Positions 61,431-64,000 of a stretch of DNA of 64,000 nucleotides are shown in pieces. This stretch comes from Leucoraja erinacea. Its lineage: Eukaryota. The translations under genes and the position numbers were made by a program. Location of the stretch: assembly GCF_028641065.1 (NCBI RefSeq), contig NW_026576170.1, positions 62,001 to 126,000 on the forward strand, read 5' to 3'. The notes below the pieces were generated by a model. It did no database searches, was not told the DNA's origin, and worked only from the letters and a program-made list of their open reading frames with translations. Numbering within the stretch: the stretch's first letter is position 1; each line of letters opens with the position of its first letter.

Positions 61431-64000
61431 TCTCTACCAAAACACTGCGTTGCTGGCCGAGCAGTAACACAGACAACGTCTGTCTGCGTTGTATGTAATC
61501 GTGTGGATATACATTTCATGTAGAGAGGAGCGACACCTGGCGCTATTCCTGCTATTGGGCCGAATGGCCTGCTCCTGCATCTATTTTCTATGTTTTCTAT
61601 GTTTATTAGCTGAGGATAGTTTTTAGTTTGCAGATACACCGCGGAAAAGTGATGTTTTGTCCCACCCTGTCCGCGGCGACCTTGAACCCCTGCATACTAA
61701 CATTATCCTACACATACTAGGGACACATTTAAATTTATACCAAGCCTATTATCATACAAACCAATACGTCCTATATATGGAGTGTGGAAGGAAGCCGACG
61801 ATCTTGGAGAAGACCCACGCTGTCACGGGGACGACGTACAAACTCCCCACAGACAACACCCGTCGTCGGAATCGAACCCGGGTCTCTGGAGGATTGAGCG
61901 CTCGCGGGCAGAAACTCGACCGCCGCCCCAATGTGCTGCAGGTTATTTAACTTTCCCCTCCCCCGTCTCCTATTTGTCAGTCGCCCGGTGGCAACAATTG
62001 GGTCACAACCACTCTTGCAAATCAACAACTTCCGTCTCCAACCCCCCGCGCACAATCACCAGCTGCAGCTAACAGTTTCTGACAGTTGGCACCAGCGCCA
62101 ATCCGCCCCGCCCTCACTTCCTTCCTCTGCTTTGGCTGTGAACCGCCTTACCTACTGCAGCAGTTTGCTGCCACGGATACGTGTTGGAACTGTAGGCAAG
62201 GGGTTTTGTGAAATTTGTGTTTCTAACCGGCCAGCAGTTGTTTTGGACTGCAGAGTGACCAATGCAGCAAACGGCAAGGGGACTCTCTGATCCAACCGTT
62301 AAACATATCTTGAATTAAAGATCAGCGGGTTCAAGTTGAGACGAGTCTGATAGCGCCTGAATAACGGACGCCAGGAGACTGTCGATAATCAACTCCACAA
62401 CAGTCGATCGCTTAACATGTCCCCATCAACGTCTGGAATTACTCAATATCTGTGTGCACGTATACACAATCATTTGTCCATGCACGGATGATAGCAGAAA
62501 GCCACTTGGCCTCCGCAAGCCATTGCCATCCGTGGAATGAATCATAATTTAATCTTACTTTAATGAACTTATGTTTTCCCCATCTCTACGGTACCCTATT
62601 CACGAATGGCAATGGCCTGTGGAGGCAAAGTGGCTTTCTGCTATCACCCGTGCATGGACAGGCTAAATGCAGGAAGATGATTCCCGATTGGGGAAGTCCC
62701 AACTAGGGGTCACAGTTTCAGGATACGTGGGAAGTATTTTAGGACCGGGATGAGAAAATCATTGTTTACACAGAGAGTGGTGAATCTGTGGAATTCTCTG
62801 CCACAGAAGGTAGTTGAGGCCAGTTCATTGGCTATATTTAAGAGGGATTTGGATGTGGCCCTGGTGGCTAAAGGGATCAGGGGATATGGAGAGAAGGCAG
62901 GGAAGGGATGCTGAGTTGGATGATCATCCACTATCATATTGAATGGCGGTACAGGCTCGAATGGCCAACTCCTGCACCTAATTTCTATGTTTCATAATAA
63001 AACAGAAAACGATGGAAATACTTAGCAGGTCAGGCCGCATCCGTGTGCTGATAGACACATTTAAACTTTTACGTCAAACCGGAAAGGAGAGAAGGCACGC
63101 GCCTTGAGCTGCGTACTCCGCTGGGAGGTGGCTGATTTGGAGGCCGGGCCGCTGAGGTTGTTCTTCGTCGGGGTTCGACATCGGGGTTCCATCATTCCCG
63201 GCGAGATGGCCTAAGCATCGGGCCGCCCGAGGCGGCGACTACGGGGTGCGCGGGAGGCCCCGACCACGGGTGAACATCTGGGAAGATCAGCCAGGAGGCT
63301 GACTGGAGTTTTGTTCCTCCCTAACGTTGGTGCCGCTGTGGGAATGGTGTGTCGTGGACTTCTGTGTTTATGCTTAAAAAAAAAAATTATGACTGTAAGG
63401 AAAATCCATTTCGTTGTCTCTAATGAGACAATGACAATAAATTGAATCCAATCCAAAGATGGCCAGAAGAGTAAATACACAAGAAACTGCAGATTCTGGA
63501 ATCTTGAGCAAAACTGAATGTGCTGGAGGAACTCAGCAGACTAAACATCATCTGGGGTGCGAAACGATAGGGTCTGAAGAACGGTCCTGGGCAGGAAAGT
63601 AGTCTGTCCATGGCTTCCACAGATGCTGCCTGACCAACGAAGTCCCTCTTTGTGATTTAGTTCAAAGAAAGTTCTACGGGCGGTGATGACGGCAGCCTTC
63701 GCCAATAACCACACCGACACTTGCAGTAGAGTGAAATTACGTGATATGTTTTACTTACATAATTATCAACCGCATGGGGGCACTGTCCCTCGCCATCAAG
63801 GCGCATGTGCGACGACGCTGGGATTAATACGGAGAATTGGTTCAAGTGATTGAAATGATTCAAGTGCTCAACGAATATCAACTAATTGGACCCAGCTGTG
63901 ATCAATCTCAGATCGATCAGTCAGTGACAGGGATCAAGCAGCAGATAAGGCAGGGGGCGCCGTTACAAACGGCGTGTCACTTATTGGGTAATACCCAAGG

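Noticed and set aside
62190-62240. GGGTTTTGT nonamer-like sequence suggesting a J segment
   Set aside because: No heptamer at 12 or 23 nt and no FGxG motif with a splice donor

Overview
Vertebrate genomic DNA, most likely from a cartilaginous fish (skate/ray-like, inferred from the CR1, Penelope and V-SINE repeat families). The window is part of a T-cell receptor alpha/delta V-gene array. It holds four V segments in mixed orientation (-,+,+,-), each ending in a 23-bp-spacer RSS; three have clean leader exons. Interleaved with them are four intact two-exon class A GPCR genes of the GPR139/GPR142-like family (324-325 aa; 70-nt exon 1 encoding MHAPGN...) and one tRNA-Thr(CGT) gene. CTCF-like motifs lie beside V promoters and just 3' of two RSSs. 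The rest is dense repeat DNA: CR1, L2 and Rex/Babar LINEs, Penelope fragments with minimal hammerhead cores, Harbinger-type MITEs, V-SINEs, Helitron and Gypsy remnants, microsatellites and four N-gaps. The 5.4-10.5 kb stretch looks like low-accuracy assembly. The most notable points are the GPCR family embedded in a rearranging locus, a co-varying Arg6.48/Glu7.42 pair replacing the GPCR toggle-switch Trp in three paralogues, and the RSS-proximal CTCF motifs. All coordinates and alignments were worked out by eye; repeat boundaries are approximate.
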